NCBI GenBank assembly: GCA_030324005.1
Contig: JARDVH010000128.1
Span: forward strand, 14,374,138-14,438,137
Source of the DNA: Negaprion brevirostris
Taxonomy: Eukaryota
Direction of reading: 5' to 3'
DNA length: 64,000 nt
Numbering within the stretch: the first letter of the stretch is position 1; each line of letters starts with the position of its first letter. Under the pieces are notes generated by a model. The model had not been told where the DNA came from. It ran no database searches and saw only the letters and a list, made by a program, of their open reading frames with translations. The translations under genes and the position numbers were made by a program. Shown one piece after another: positions 24,125-36,462 of this stretch.

Positions 24125-25100
24125 GACAGGGTTCGGTCCTTGGGCCCCAACTATTTACAATCTACATTAACGACTTGGGTACGTCGCCAAATTTGCAGTT
24201 GACACTTAAATAGGTGAGATAATAAGTTGTGATAATGAAATAAAAGTTCAAATGGATTGGATAGGTAAAGTGAATGAGGCAAAATTTGGCAGATGGAGTT
24301 TAATGTGGTGAAGTATGAGGTTATCCATTTTGGTAGGAAAAATACAAAGGCAAATTATTATCTAAATGGAGAGAAACTTTGGAATGCTTTAGTGAAGAGG
24401 GATTTGGGTGTCTTTATGCATGAATCGCAGAAAACTAATATGCAGGTGCAGCAGGCAATAAGGAAAGCAAATGGACCTTGGCATTTATTGCTAAAGGAGT
24501 AGAATATAAAAGTAGTAAAGTGTTGTGGCTACTGTACAAAGCATTAGTGAATGGCACTTATTGTGTGCAGTTTTGATTCTCTTAGTTGAAGAGGGATGTC
24601 ATTGCATTGCAGGTGGCTCAGAAGAGGTTTATTAGGTCGATTCCAGAGATGAGAAGTTGGTCTTACTAAGATTGGGCAGTTGAAACCTATAATCCCTGAA
24701 GTTCAGAAGAATGCGTGGAGATCTAATTGAGATGTACCAGACGATACGAGGGATTGACAAAACAGATGTGGAGAGGATGTTTCCTCATTTAGGGCNNNNN
24801 NNNNNNNNNNNNNNNNNNNNNNNNNNNNNNNNNNNNNNNNNNNNNNNNNNNNNNNNNNNNNNNNNNNNNNNNNNNNNNNNNNNNNNNNNNNNNNNNNNNN
24901 NNNNNNNNNNNNNNNNNNNNNNNNNNNNNNNNNTGAGTGTAAGGAAGAGGTGGACAGAGTTTTAATTAGTGAGGGGTTGGATGGTAATGGTGAATGAGAT
25001 GTTAAGTGGAGTTGAGGCCAATATGAGATCGACCATGACTTTCTTAAATGGCGGAGCAAGCTCAAGGGACTAAATTGCCTACTCCTGCTCCAAGTTCTTT
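24125..25100 (+). mobile_element. CR1 LINE 3' part (RT to tail), spans an N-gap
   Basis: QGSVLGPQLFTIYINDL, MEFNVVKYEVIHFGRKN, MRGDLIEMY and CR1 tail. Confidence 0.93.
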
Positions 25101-25584
25101 TGGCTGTTTCTTATGATGATGGATTTCTGATCAGACTGCCATCACATTTTCATCTTCAACTTAGTGCTGTGAATATGGGCCAGCTTTTAAAAATATTCTC
25201 TGACGAATTAAATGTGAATTCATCCGAAAACAATGTTGTGAAGAAAAATGTTAGAATTGTACAACTCAGAAGGAGGCCATCCAGTCTATGGTATCTATGT
25301 TAGCTCTTTGAAAGAACTATCAAATAATTCCNNNNNNNNNNCAACTATTTTTCCAGTACTGTTTTGAAGGCTACAATTGAATCTGCTTCCACCATCCTTT
25401 CAGCCAGTGCATTCCGGATCATAATAATTGATTGTGATTTTAAGAAATAATTCCCTCATCTTCGAATAATAAATTAATTCATTTTCTTTAAAAATCTGCA
25501 GTGTAACATCTGATTACTCACAATGGTTTCATTAATCTAGTTAGTTGGAAAAGAACAATACAAAAGATCTGCACTTTACTCAGC

Positions 25585-26378
25585 TCAGCCAACTTCAGCT
25601 GCTTCATCAATGACCTTCCTTCCATTATGAAGGTCAGAGGTGTGGATGTTGGCTGAGGACTGCACAATGTTCAGCACCATTCGCGACTCCCCCGATATGT
25701 CCAATTTCAAGGCTTGGATAATGTCAAGGTTTGGGCTGAAAGTGGCAAGTAACATTCATGTCACACAAGTGCCAGACAATGACCACCTCCACCAACAAGA
25801 GAGGATCTAACCATTCATTGCTCTGCGATATTCAATGGGATTACCATTGCTGAATCCCCCACTATCAGCATCAACAGGTTTAGTATTGACCAGAAACTGA
25901 ACTAGACTAGCCACATAAAAACTGTGGCTACAAAAGCAGGTCAGAGACTGGGAATCCTCGGCAGGTAACTCACCTTCTTGCTCCCCGAAGCCTGCCCATT
26001 ATCTGCAAAGCACAAATCAGGATTGTGATGGAATACTTCCCATTTGCCTGGAGTGCAGCTCCACCAACACTCAAGAAACCTGACATCATCCAGGACAAAG
26101 CCCACTTGATTGGCACACCTTCCACAAACAGTCACTCCCTCCATCACCAGTACAGCAGCGTGCACCATCTGCAAGATATACTGCAGGAACTCACCAAGGC
26201 TTATTAAGCAGCAGCACTTTCCAAACCCAAAACCACTGCTGTCTGAAAAGACAAGGGCAGCAGATGCATGGAAGTACTATTAGCTGGTTCCCCTCCAAGT
26301 CACTCAGCATCCTGACTAAAGAATTATATTGCCATTCCTTCACTGTTGTCAGGTCAAAATCCTGAAACTTCTTTCCTA
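25585..26378 (+). mobile_element. Second non-LTR LINE family (CR1/L2-group RT), 3' part
   Basis: FSCFINDLPS..LAEDCTMFSTI (FADD motif) and MEYFPFAWS..QDKAHLIGTP. Homologous to 48530-49780 and 62365-63020. Confidence 0.85.
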
Positions 26379-26708
26379 NNNNNNNNNNNNNNNNNNNNNN
26401 NNNNNNNNNNNNNNNNNNNNNNNNNNNNNNNNNNNNNNNNNNNNNNNNNNNNNNNNNNNNNNNNNNNNNNNNNNNNNNNNNNNNNNNNNNNNNNNNNNNN
26501 NNNNNNNNNNNNNNNTCAATTTTATAATATAAAAATGTGTTTTGTAGTAATTGAAATTATGCCACTTGAAATTGTACATGTACATATAAACATTGGAATT
26601 TATACTTAATTTGACAAGTGACTGGGGCATTCTGTAGCATAGCCCCTTGTTCTGTCTGTACCTGTAAAGTCCACATTTACTATCTCATCGATCTCTTGTC
26701 TTCTATAG

Positions 26709-26781
26709 ATGAAGACTTATTTCACTCAAGATGCACTATTAGGATTGCATGAAATTTGGGACTTTTGTAGTCCATTAAATG
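26709..26781 (+). CDS. Candidate internal exon (73 nt; MKTYFTQDALLGLHEIWDFCSPLN in frame 0)
   Basis: Acceptor atctcttgtcttctatAG, donor ATG|gtcagt, frame 0 open throughout. Confidence 0.3.
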
Positions 26782-26952
26782 GTCAGTAAATTGCAACCAA
26801 TAAGCTTGTGGGTGTATCATTGAGTTAGTGCTGAAATCTAACTCTGGGAAATGTCCCGACCTGGGAAGGTTTCATCTGTAATTATTGTGTTTAATGAGAA
26901 CCTAACCCTTTTATTTACACTGTGGTAATTAATCTGCTTGAGTTATTTGCAG

Positions 26953-26971
26953 TGGTTGTCCAGGCACCCAG
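26953..26971 (+). CDS. Candidate 19-nt microexon
   Basis: ttatttgcAG|TGGTTGTCCAGGCACCCAG|gtaagt; consensus donor. Confidence 0.35.
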
Positions 26972-27429
26972 GTAAGTACCAGGTTGAATTTTTTTTAACT
27001 TGTCCCACAGCAAAATGCTTCAAGTTACAGCTTTCTAATAGAATCACCGCTGAGTTTGAACTTATCACAAAGCAACCACACAATTGAGCAGCTCGAATGA
27101 CATCACTGAGGGCACAGCTTGAGTTAGCATCTCTTGTATTACTTTTGTGCAGTGAAGTTTATATTACATTGTTACTCGTGGCTGCTGTTGATCTTTACTG
27201 TTTGATATTCACCTTTTTAATAAACCCGATTTGTATATTACAAACCAAACTGCATAAAATTATCTTTTATACCCTCATTCTGAAGTTTTAGTCCATTGTT
27301 TGAGAGATACCAAGTCTCATTTGAAGTGTTAATTTTAAAGTTTCTTAATGACGAAGAAAAGATAATTCTTCAAAGCTAAATTTCAAAAATCCATGACGAG
27401 AAGTTTTTTTTTTAACCTTTTGACCATAG

Positions 27430-27553
27430 GTGGAAGGAGAGTTCTGTCGTCAGTAGAATGCTTTGGGCATCTGCAATGCTGAGCAACGCACGGAGAATGA
27501 GCTCAAGAGCTGGAACAACATTGCAGAATGTTCTGGCCCACTTTAGTCACTAG
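27430..27553 (+). CDS. Probable terminal exon of unidentified host gene (frame uncertain: VEGEFCRQ* or WKESSVVSRMLWASAMLSNARRMSSRAGTTLQNVLAHFSH*)
   Basis: Acceptor tttttttttaaccttttgaccatAG, a rise in GC content after the AG, and a 40-codon open frame. Followed by repeat-poor, AT-rich UTR-like sequence with AATAAA at ~28255 and ~28781. Confidence 0.5.
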
Positions 27554-28224
27554 TGTACTCTGTGTCCTTAACGCATGATGATGATGATGATAACCTAATA
27601 GCATTAACCATTTTGTCTTTGGTACTTCGAGTTTATCAAGAAATAATTTGCAGTCGATTAGTGGAAATACTGTGTCCAGTGTATATGTTATGCAATAATC
27701 GCAGTAAATGTGTACTTAATTTTGGACTTCCTGCCTCTTGCCTTGCAATTTAAATGGTTTCTATTAAATGCAGTTTGCAGCGAGACNNNNNNNNNNTTTG
27801 TTACCCTGTTGCCAATTTCTTAACTTCTTGGAAACTGTAGGATTTGGCCATTGTACCAATTAGTAGATTAACCGTCAAGGCCCAAGTTTTTCATAGCGAT
27901 GTGAAACACAAGTGATACTTGTGAAGTGTATAACTTTCTGTAGAAAACCATGCCTGCTCTTTTCTAAAATAAAATTCTGCCAACTCATTTTGAAATGTTT
28001 CTGAGAGATTGTTGCATTGAAAGCATTACTAAATGATACAAATCTCCCCATGTGCTGTATTCCTTGTTGCCACTGTGGAACTGGTGAGCAGGTTACAGAA
28101 GCTATAACTGAAATACAAGAAAGCAGCATAAAGTTTCAGCAACTCATAGCAGACCCTTGGAAGCATTAACTCGTTCGCTGCCACAGACAATTCGTTATGA
28201 ATTTTAGTAGTGTGGAAAAAAACA

Positions 28225-28510
28225 TCAATTGCATCTGTGTACCAGCTTTAATGCAATAAAGTAAAGGCACTCGAAGACAAGATTGCCACCAAACCACTTG
28301 AGCTTTTTTAGGATAGGTGACCAGAAACTTGGCAAATAGGGGTCGAATAGTGTCTTAAAAGGAGAGAGGGCTAGAGAGTCAAAGAGGTTTCAGGAGATAA
28401 TTCCACAGCACAGAGTCTAGATGGCTGTTGGCAAAGCCTCAACTGGTGAGGCAAAGAGAGTGGAGAATTCAGAGCTGGAGGAATACAGAGCTCTTGGAGG
28501 GATGTAGGGC
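28225..28510 (-). mobile_element. L2-type 3' tail fragment
   Basis: Reverse complement of the L2 tail seen at 3740-3995. Confidence 0.55.
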
Positions 28511-29604
28511 TGTTGGAATTTACAGAAATTATAATGAAATTATATTTCATCAGTGTATTTTGTTTAATTGTGATTAACATCTCATTTTTCAATAGTCAGA
28601 TCTAAGTGACATTTTGGGGGCATCTGCCTGTTTATCAGGAAGCTTTCAAGTCAGCTTGGCTGCAGTAACAATCTGCTCCAATTCTGCCAGTGCTGCATAT
28701 CTTGTTTGCTTGTCACTATTCCCACAGTATTTCACTTGCTACAGTGCATGCCCCTTTTGTTAAACTTTATATCGCTTAAAAATAAAAGTTTAACATCTAA
28801 ATTTGCAGGAAACATGATATGCCAGGCATCCACGAGCAACCAACTTTAGACGCTTTTAGTTCAGTACAATTAGGAAGTGCCATGAATGACCTAAGGAAGA
28901 GAAGAAAGAAAAAGAGAAAACAAAGCTGCTTTTTACAGGTACTGTAGCAGCGCAGCCCATAATCCTGTCAGTGAACATGTACTTGTGCTTTGTGACATAT
29001 TGCACCAAATCATTGGATAATGACCAACCCCAAAAGAGCAGGCTTTAACTTTTTAATCAATCACATGCTGTACTTTGGATCACGCTGCTTGACGTCTCCA
29101 GGGTGTCCTTTCGTGCCCTGCAGTATTGATGCCAAAAGTCCTCAGTAGTAGCAGTACATGATGAAAAAACCTGAGATGTCGCTATTGCAGACGGAACTAA
29201 TTTACTGGTTGCTGAGTTAACCTGTGCTTGACCAGAATACGGTTGTGTTACAACTTCATGCAACTACATTGCCTCTTCTGCGCTGACCAAACTGCCTGAG
29301 TGAATTATTACACTTGGATATAAACGTTGGATGCTATATTCCTGCCCACCAGTGCCACCACCCTAAATACAGTCCTTTTGCTAAATAATTTATAGCTATT
29401 CTTGATGTTCATTGCCATCCAGTTTAAACTTTCAGCCTCACTTTGCAAACAATCGTATTGCTTTGATTTGTTTAAGATCCAGCAGCTTAATTCTCAGCCA
29501 CATGGGATGAAATATAATAAAAATAAATGGATTTCTCTGGTGGCCATCGTGAATTCAAGTTGTGAAAACCACACTTCAGTCAACGAAATGCCTTTGAAAT
29601 CAAG

Positions 29605-29970
29605 AAAATGGAACAGCCTGTTTGCACACAGCAAAGTTCCACAATTAGTAAGATAATGATCCAATACCTTGTTTTAGGCAATGTTGAGGGATAGATGTCA
29701 GCTGAGACATCAGAGAAAATCCCCTTGATTTTCTTTGAATATTGTCATTGTATCTTTTATGACCTCCTGTTAGGGTAGACAGCTTAGCGCCTCATTTGAC
29801 AGACGGTAGCTCTGAAAGTGCAGTAGTCCCTGAGTGCTGTCCTGAAATGTCAGCGAAGATTATGTGTTTGGGTATGTTGAGGTAGACCACTCACTCCAGA
29901 GACTGGAAAGAGGCTTGAGGTCATAATCTTTTGACTAAGAACTGGGACTTGTGAGCTAAAGCACAACCAA
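29605..29970 (-). mobile_element. Deu-domain SINE, decayed
   Basis: Reverse-complement similarity to 12483-12902. Further copies at ~34505-35030 and ~53385-53635, and tails at ~14845-14960 and ~31362-31460. Confidence 0.55.
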
Positions 29971-31644
29971 CACTGTTTAATCTCAGAATGATGGCAATAA
30001 ACAATTTTTAAAAAACATATATTTAAAAATTCCTTTCTGACCTCCTCCTGATCCATGAATGCAAATCCTCCCTCAGCTACTAGCACGTGTGCAAAAGCAG
30101 ACTGGGGTAGCATGCCCTTTCATTTCTTCTCTATTTCCTGTTCTCCAACGTTCCATGCCTCCCTGTGGCTCTATTAAGAAGTTTGACGTGATGATTTGTG
30201 AATATATAAACATGCTACTATAGTAATGTGTCCCAAAGCAATGACGCCCTTGTATTGGAGGAAATTATCTTCTCTGAAACCATCCTCTGGTAGAATTGCA
30301 GTAAACATTGTTATCATAGTCACTGGTGCTGTCTCCTGGTNNNNNNNNNNNNNNNNNNNNNNNNNNNNNNNNNNNNNNNNNNNNNNNNNNNNNNNNNNNN
30401 NNNNNNNNNNNNNNNNNNNNNNNNNNNNNNNNNNNNNNNNGGTGCTGTCTCCTGGTGAAGACTTCCATTAAAACATGATATTGTCACCAAAACATTTGTG
30501 ATCCAGTACAGTTTTATTTTTCTCCGTCTTCCCTCACATCCTCAATGCACTTGTGAGTCAAAAGATATTTTTAAAAATAAAACATTTATATATTATGTCT
30601 AAAGTGAAGACATCATAATCTGATCATGTTCCATCTTGACAGTATAATACAGTGCAATTTAACATGGGCACATGCAACAACACTTTATTATTATGTTGCT
30701 TTGTGATTTGGGGTTTGATTGCAGCTTTTAGACCAACTAGCAAGATCACTCCATGATCCCCGTGTTGTTCCAAGACATTTTAGTGTAATACATCCTGTTA
30801 ATTGGAATATAACGTTACATGAGAAAGTTGTTCTGCTAATTATCAGTCTTGATATCATTGAATTGCGGAGCAGACGCAATGGGCCAAATGGCCCACTTCT
30901 GCTCCTACATCTTGTAATCTTATATATGAATTTAATCGAAGTACTTGGTGAAGTGGACCATCTCCTTCCGTGATTCATCTTCGATTGAAAAACTGTGAAC
31001 AAAATACGTGAAGTATATAGATTGTTAATAAGAATGGGATTTTAAAAAGGTCTTGATTTTGATTACAAATTTGTGCCAAATATTTTTTGGAAAATATTTT
31101 TATTTTCACTCAGAAAATTCTCATGTTGAGAGTTTATATGGGTTAATCCACTGAATATTCACAGGAGCTGTGGTTGGGGATTGGGTTCTGCATCAGCTGA
31201 AGGTAGAAATGTGATGTATGGCTCCAAGTTTCTCTCTCAGAGGAGCTCTCAAAAAAAATCTTAAATCTGATTTTATTTATCTGCTGACAACTGTTCCGTC
31301 ACCAACTGGACTTATTATAAGCTTTCCAGTTTGCCTTTGGTAATTGCAATCGTACAATAAAGAATGAACTTGCATTTTTATAGCACGTTTCATAACCTCA
31401 GAATCATTCTAAAGTGCTTCACGTATGGCAAAGTACCTTTTCATCTGCAGTCACTGTCGTATTGGCGGGAAGCGTGCTAATGAGGCTCCTCAGCACTTCA
31501 CTGGTTTCTCACCTTACTCTGTACAAATTGTTTGAAATTCCTGAGTAAATGTCCCCCTTCATGAATGCCTCTGTGAACTCATGTTCTACCCATTTCCCTG
31601 CCCTCCCATCACCAATTCCTCCACCATTTTCCAAGAAAGTGACA

Positions 31645-32000
31645 CCGAGTGCCATTGACTCTGTCTACACTTCCCGCTGAAAAAGCAGCCAGCGTAATGA
31701 AGGACCCCATGCACCCCAAACATTCTCTCTTCTGCCGCCTTCTGTCAGGAAAAAGATACAAAAGTATGAGATCGTGTACCAACTTGACTCAAAAACAGCT
31801 TCTTCCCTGCTGCCGTCAGACTTTTGAATGGACTTAACACACTAAGTTAATCTTTCTCCACTAGCTATGACTGTAACATTATACGTTCCACTCACTCCTT
31901 TCCTTCTCTAGGTACGGTATGCTTTTTCTGTATAATGTGCAAGAAACAATACTTTTCACTATATACCAATACATGTAACAATAATAAATCAAACCAAATC
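31645..32000 (+). mobile_element. Rex1/Babar-type LINE 3' end
   Basis: MKDPMHPKHSLFCRLLPSGKRYKS-like C-terminus with KNSFFPAAVRLLN in a shifted frame. Tail tacatgtaacaataataaatcaaaccaaatc. Confidence 0.8.
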
Positions 32001-32919
32001 AGGTGGATGATCAGTGATGATCAAACTGAATGGCGAAGCATGTTGAGTGAGCCAAATCACCTACACCTGCTCCCAGGTTCCTCTAATGACCAAATAATCT
32101 ACCTCTGCGACTCTTCATCCCAATTTGATTAATGAATCACCCTGTTCTCACCGTGAGATCTGAACGAGTTTCCAGCAATGCTGAATTCTGTAAGAATGTT
32201 GCACCAACACTCCTGCTATCAGCCATTACTGCTCCACAGATTTTAGTGCATCACAGAGTTTGTAAAATACATATATTTAGCTTGATAGAGGGTGCATTTT
32301 TGATTATACTTCCTCTGCTCTGCTTTTTCTTTCAGGAAGGAAGTTAGTCTTCCAGCTGCAGTTTTTCCAGCCCATCTTAAATAAATAATTTGCTGCCCCT
32401 ATCGATAAGCACACCAAGAAACAAAAAGTTGGAAGCAAAACGGCTAGCTAGCACAATACTTGTATGCAAAACCTGGAATCAGCCTGCAAAAAGTCGGTGT
32501 ACCCTTTTCACAAGATAATTATGGATAAGGAAAGCCTTTTACTAATTTGAACCTACATGCTCTTGTCCTACTCCCTTAATTTAATTTGATTATATTCCAG
32601 ATTTACCTTGATTATCTTGCATATCTCGATAAGATCACCTCCTCTTCAGGATGAGAAGCTCACGTTTCTTCCGTTTGTCCTAGTGACTCAGACCCTTGAG
32701 ACTAAGAATCAGTCTGATGGTGTTTTCTATTTTCTCTGCCTCAGTGCTTCCTGGCGACCAGAAGAATACACAGTATTCAAGCTGTGATCTGACCAGTGAA
32801 CTCTACAATTTCCTGTAGGAATAGCCTCAATGATAGGAGACTTTCCATTAATGGAAAGTTGCATTTTTTTGTATCAAAAGCTGTACAGTATTCAAAATTT
32901 ATCACCTCTGCCATTAAGC

Positions 32920-33335
32920 TGCATGGTAGCACAGTGGTTAGCACTGTTGCCTCACAGGACTAGGGACCCAGGNNNNNNNNNNNNNNNNNNNNNNNNNNNN
33001 NNNNNNNNNNNNNNNNNNNNNNNNNNNNNNNNNNNNNNNNNNNNNNNNNNNNNNNNNNNNNNNNNNNNNNNNACAGGACTAGGGACCCAGGTTCGATTCC
33101 CGCCTTGGGTCACTGTCTGTGTGGAGTCTGCACGTTCTCCCCATGCCTGTATGGGTTTCCTCCAGGTGCTCGGTTTCCTCCTGCTGCCTTAAAGATGTGC
33201 TGGTGAGGTGCATTGGAAGCTAAATTCACCCCCAGTGTACCGTAATAGGCAACTAGGGGATTTTCGCAGTAATTTCATTACAGTGTTAATGTGGGCCTAC
33301 TTGTGACACCAATAAATAAACTTTAAATTTAAACT
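32920..33335 (+). mobile_element. HE1-headed SINE with an alternative (non-CR1) 3' tail
   Basis: HE1 head and core, then ggcaactaggggattttcgcag...cctacttgtgacaccaataaataaactttaaa instead of the CR1-derived tail. Confidence 0.85.
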
Positions 33336-34504
33336 AAGCAAAATAATTTGGACTGTGATCCTGCCTGGATGATACTTGAAGAGTGCCTCTTGCACTCTTA
33401 TCACTTGCACCTTAAAAAGAAGGCAACCTCTACTTTAAATCCCAGTTACATTAAACTGCACGAAGCTAAACATTGAACCTCCTATTTTGAAACAGTCAGC
33501 ACAATCTTGATCTTGAAGTAAGCCACACAATTGTTTGTTACTTGATTTACAATTGTCCAGCCGAGGGAGGGCATGAAGGAAAGAGTTCAAGGAATGTGCC
33601 TTTCTTTTCACCGAACTTAAATATGATTCTTCAACCACACACTAGGATATCTGAATAGTTTGTTTTCAGTTTCAGTTGACTGAAGTTGATACACACTGAC
33701 AAAAAGTCTCTGATCAATCTGGAAAATTGCCAGTGGTCTGATGAAAATTTACTTAGTGTCGATAAATTTTTGTGGTGAACTGAGTTTAATAACGGAACTC
33801 AAGATCCTCATTTTGTGAGACTTGCCTTCTACCACCACCACCTGGGCTATGGTGTGGTTCAACTTCTGCACATCAACCTTATTGCCCTTGAATTTGTTTG
33901 CTTCCGTGTTATCTCCAGAAGAACAGCGAATGATAAAATGAGCAGAAGTTAGACAGTATCTGTCAAAGGCAACAAACAATTTAAAACTTTAGGTGCGGAA
34001 TCCTTTGCCAAAGCAGTTCAGAACAATGACCCACTCTCAAAGTCCTATGTTGCTTGCCTGTTGAAAGACGCTGTCTGATCTGCTGAACATTTCCAGCTTT
34101 CGTCTGTTTTTTGTTTTCAATTTTGAGCATCTGCAGATTTTGCTTTTTGCATAAGCTATAGTTATGGTTCAAGTAAAATTTATTGAAAACATTTGGCAGT
34201 CTGAAGAACATTGTTGGGCTCGCCCCCAATCAAGGAAGCTGCAGTGTTTTCAGGACTGCCATTTTCATCGTCCTTTATGCTTCCAGTGAAGAAGCATTTA
34301 CTTTTCATGTTGACTGTATCCTAGAATGTAGTACCTGGGGAACATTTAAAAGAAGAATAGGAACTAAAACTTATTGAAGTATATCATAACGCAGGTAAAC
34401 TTCTCCTTGATTTGGAATCCTGTGCTACGTGAGGGGAAACTGAGCACATCTCATTATTTGCAATAATTCTTTTCTACGTGTAAAATTCAAGTGGTTCAGT
34501 AAAA

Positions 34505-35030
34505 AAGGATGAAGTAGGAGCTGCAATATTATAGTGCCTTTCCAAACCTCAGGGTCGCAAAAAATTTTACAGCAATTATAGTATTTTGAAGTATAGTATC
34601 TGTTTTAATGTAGTAAATGTGATGGCTGAATTGTGTACAGTAATATCCCACAAATAGCACTGAATGACCCGACAATCTATTTTAGGTGTTGGTTGTGGAA
34701 TAATTGTTGGTTGAGAGACTAGGAGCGCTCCTCTGTTCTTCCTTGATTCATACGATGGGAACCTTTAGAATTACTTATTACTACGCTTACAAAGGTATTT
34801 CATCGGTGTCTGGAGGCATCCAGTAGCCATGAAAAGTGCTATATAAATATAAATCTTTTAAGACGTTTTACTGAGTAAGACAATCTAACTATGTGTAACA
34901 TCGCATCTGAGAGGCAGCATTTCTGACAGTGTGGCATTCCCTCAATGCTACATTGAAATGTCAACCTGGATTTCTGGTATGGGGTTTGAACCCATAACCT
35001 TTACTGACTCATAGGCAAGAGTGGAAGAGG
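34505..35030 (-). mobile_element. Deu-domain SINE, decayed
   Basis: taacatcgcatctgagaggcagcatttctgacagtgtggcattccctca (reverse Deu domain) and tttgaacccataacctttactgactca (reverse head). Confidence 0.65.
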
Positions 35031-35451
35031 ATAGTTGGTGGGGAATTCTAAAGTACAATTTCCATTCCTTGAGTTAAAATGTTCTAACATCAATGCAGCC
35101 CATAATGTAAAACTACCATAACTCGTGGAACTAAATTGACAGTCAGAGAATTCATTGGTTGATGTAGGAAATGCAAGATTCACACTGCCTGGATGGAAGG
35201 GATTCAGTTGAGGTTGTGGTCAATGCGTCTTGTGGGCTCAGAGAAAGGGGAGTTTTACTGTGCAATTGTGCATGCATTACACAACCCTGAAACGATGAAA
35301 AATTTGGAAAATCTATGAAAGATCTCACTTGAACACACAGTGTCCCCAAGAAAAAAAAGTCAGAAAATGGAGCTGGCTGGAAGAGTGCGATCTTTCCATT
35401 TGCTGTGTTGGGAATTTTTGTATGCTTTCTAATTGCAGTTGTTTAGTTATT

Positions 35452-35645
35452 GGGTGGGATTTTCTAGCACCACCATGGGATGTTTTCTGGTGGCAGAGGT
35501 AGCTCATCATTGGCTGCTGGCAGGATCTTCTGCTCTCTTCAAGGTCTACAGCATTTTACATGGCTTGCCCATCCCACCACCGGAGTACCTGCCTTGGGAG
35601 GTCAATGTTTGAGATACTGGTGGAACGAGCCGGGAAATCCCACCA
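35452..35645. mobile_element. MITE-like element with terminal inverted repeats
   Basis: gggtgggattttc...ggaaatcccacc; about 195 bp, non-coding. Confidence 0.6.
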
Positions 35646-35815
35646 TTAACTCTTGGTGTCAATTATAGCCAGACTTGCAGTAGTATCCACCAAAAACAGA
35701 TTTAAGCTTTTTTGGACCGCTTTCCACAGAAATGTCCGCAACAGAGGAAATCTTTTATATGCCCGACTTCTATGAAACCATATTTCAGCAGTGATAGGGG
35801 ATATTTTTCAAAGAA

Positions 35816-36028
35816 TCATAGAATCATTGAATCCCTATAGCGCAGAAGGAGACTATTCAGCCCATCGAGTCAGCGCCAATGACAATCCAACTGAGGCACT
35901 ATCCCCATAACCCTATGTATTTATCCTGTTAATCCCCCCTGACACTAATGGTCAATTTAGCTTGGCCAATCAACCTAACCTCCTCACCTTTGGACTGGGG
36001 GAGGAAACCCATGCAGACATGGGGAGAA
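35816..36028 (-). mobile_element. HE1-type SINE, 3' portion
   Basis: atcatagaatcattgaatccctatagcgcagaagg...ggaaacccatgcagacatggggagaa. Confidence 0.88.
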
Positions 36029-36169
36029 TTATTGCATAATTTACATTTTCAAACTTGGCATGACTTGTTTGCTAGATAATTCATGGAACAGGCATGTTAT
36101 TTATATAAGGTTTCTTTACATGTAATGATGTCCTTCTGCATTGTTTGTAAAGCTGGTAATATCCTTTGT

Positions 36170-36462
36170 GGAGTGGCACAGTGGTTAGCACTGCTGCTTC
36201 TCAGCACCAGGGACTCTGGGTTCAGTTCTGGCCTCGGGTCACTGTCATGTAGAGTTAGCACCTTCTCCCCGCACCTGCAGGGGTTTCCTCCAGCAGTCCA
36301 AAGATGTGTGGGTTACGTAGGCTGGCTGTGCTAACTTTACTCTAGTGTTAGAGGATTAGCAGGGTGAATATCTGGGGTTACGGGAATAGGACCTGGATGG
36401 GATTGTTGTTGATTAGGTGGACTGAATGGCCTCCTTCTGCACTGTAGGGATTCTATGATTCT
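36170..36462 (+). mobile_element. HE1-type SINE
   Basis: gtggcacagtggttagcactgctg head and ctgtagggattctatgattct tail. Confidence 0.9.

Noticed and set aside
25199-25235. CTGACGA...GAAA hammerhead-like spacing
   Set aside because: No stem II can form without using the core bases, and it is not in a Penelope-like context.
29057-29263. 68-aa minus-strand ORF with protein-like composition
   Set aside because: It has a non-ATG start directly after a stop, no pyrimidine-rich acceptor and no recognisable motif.
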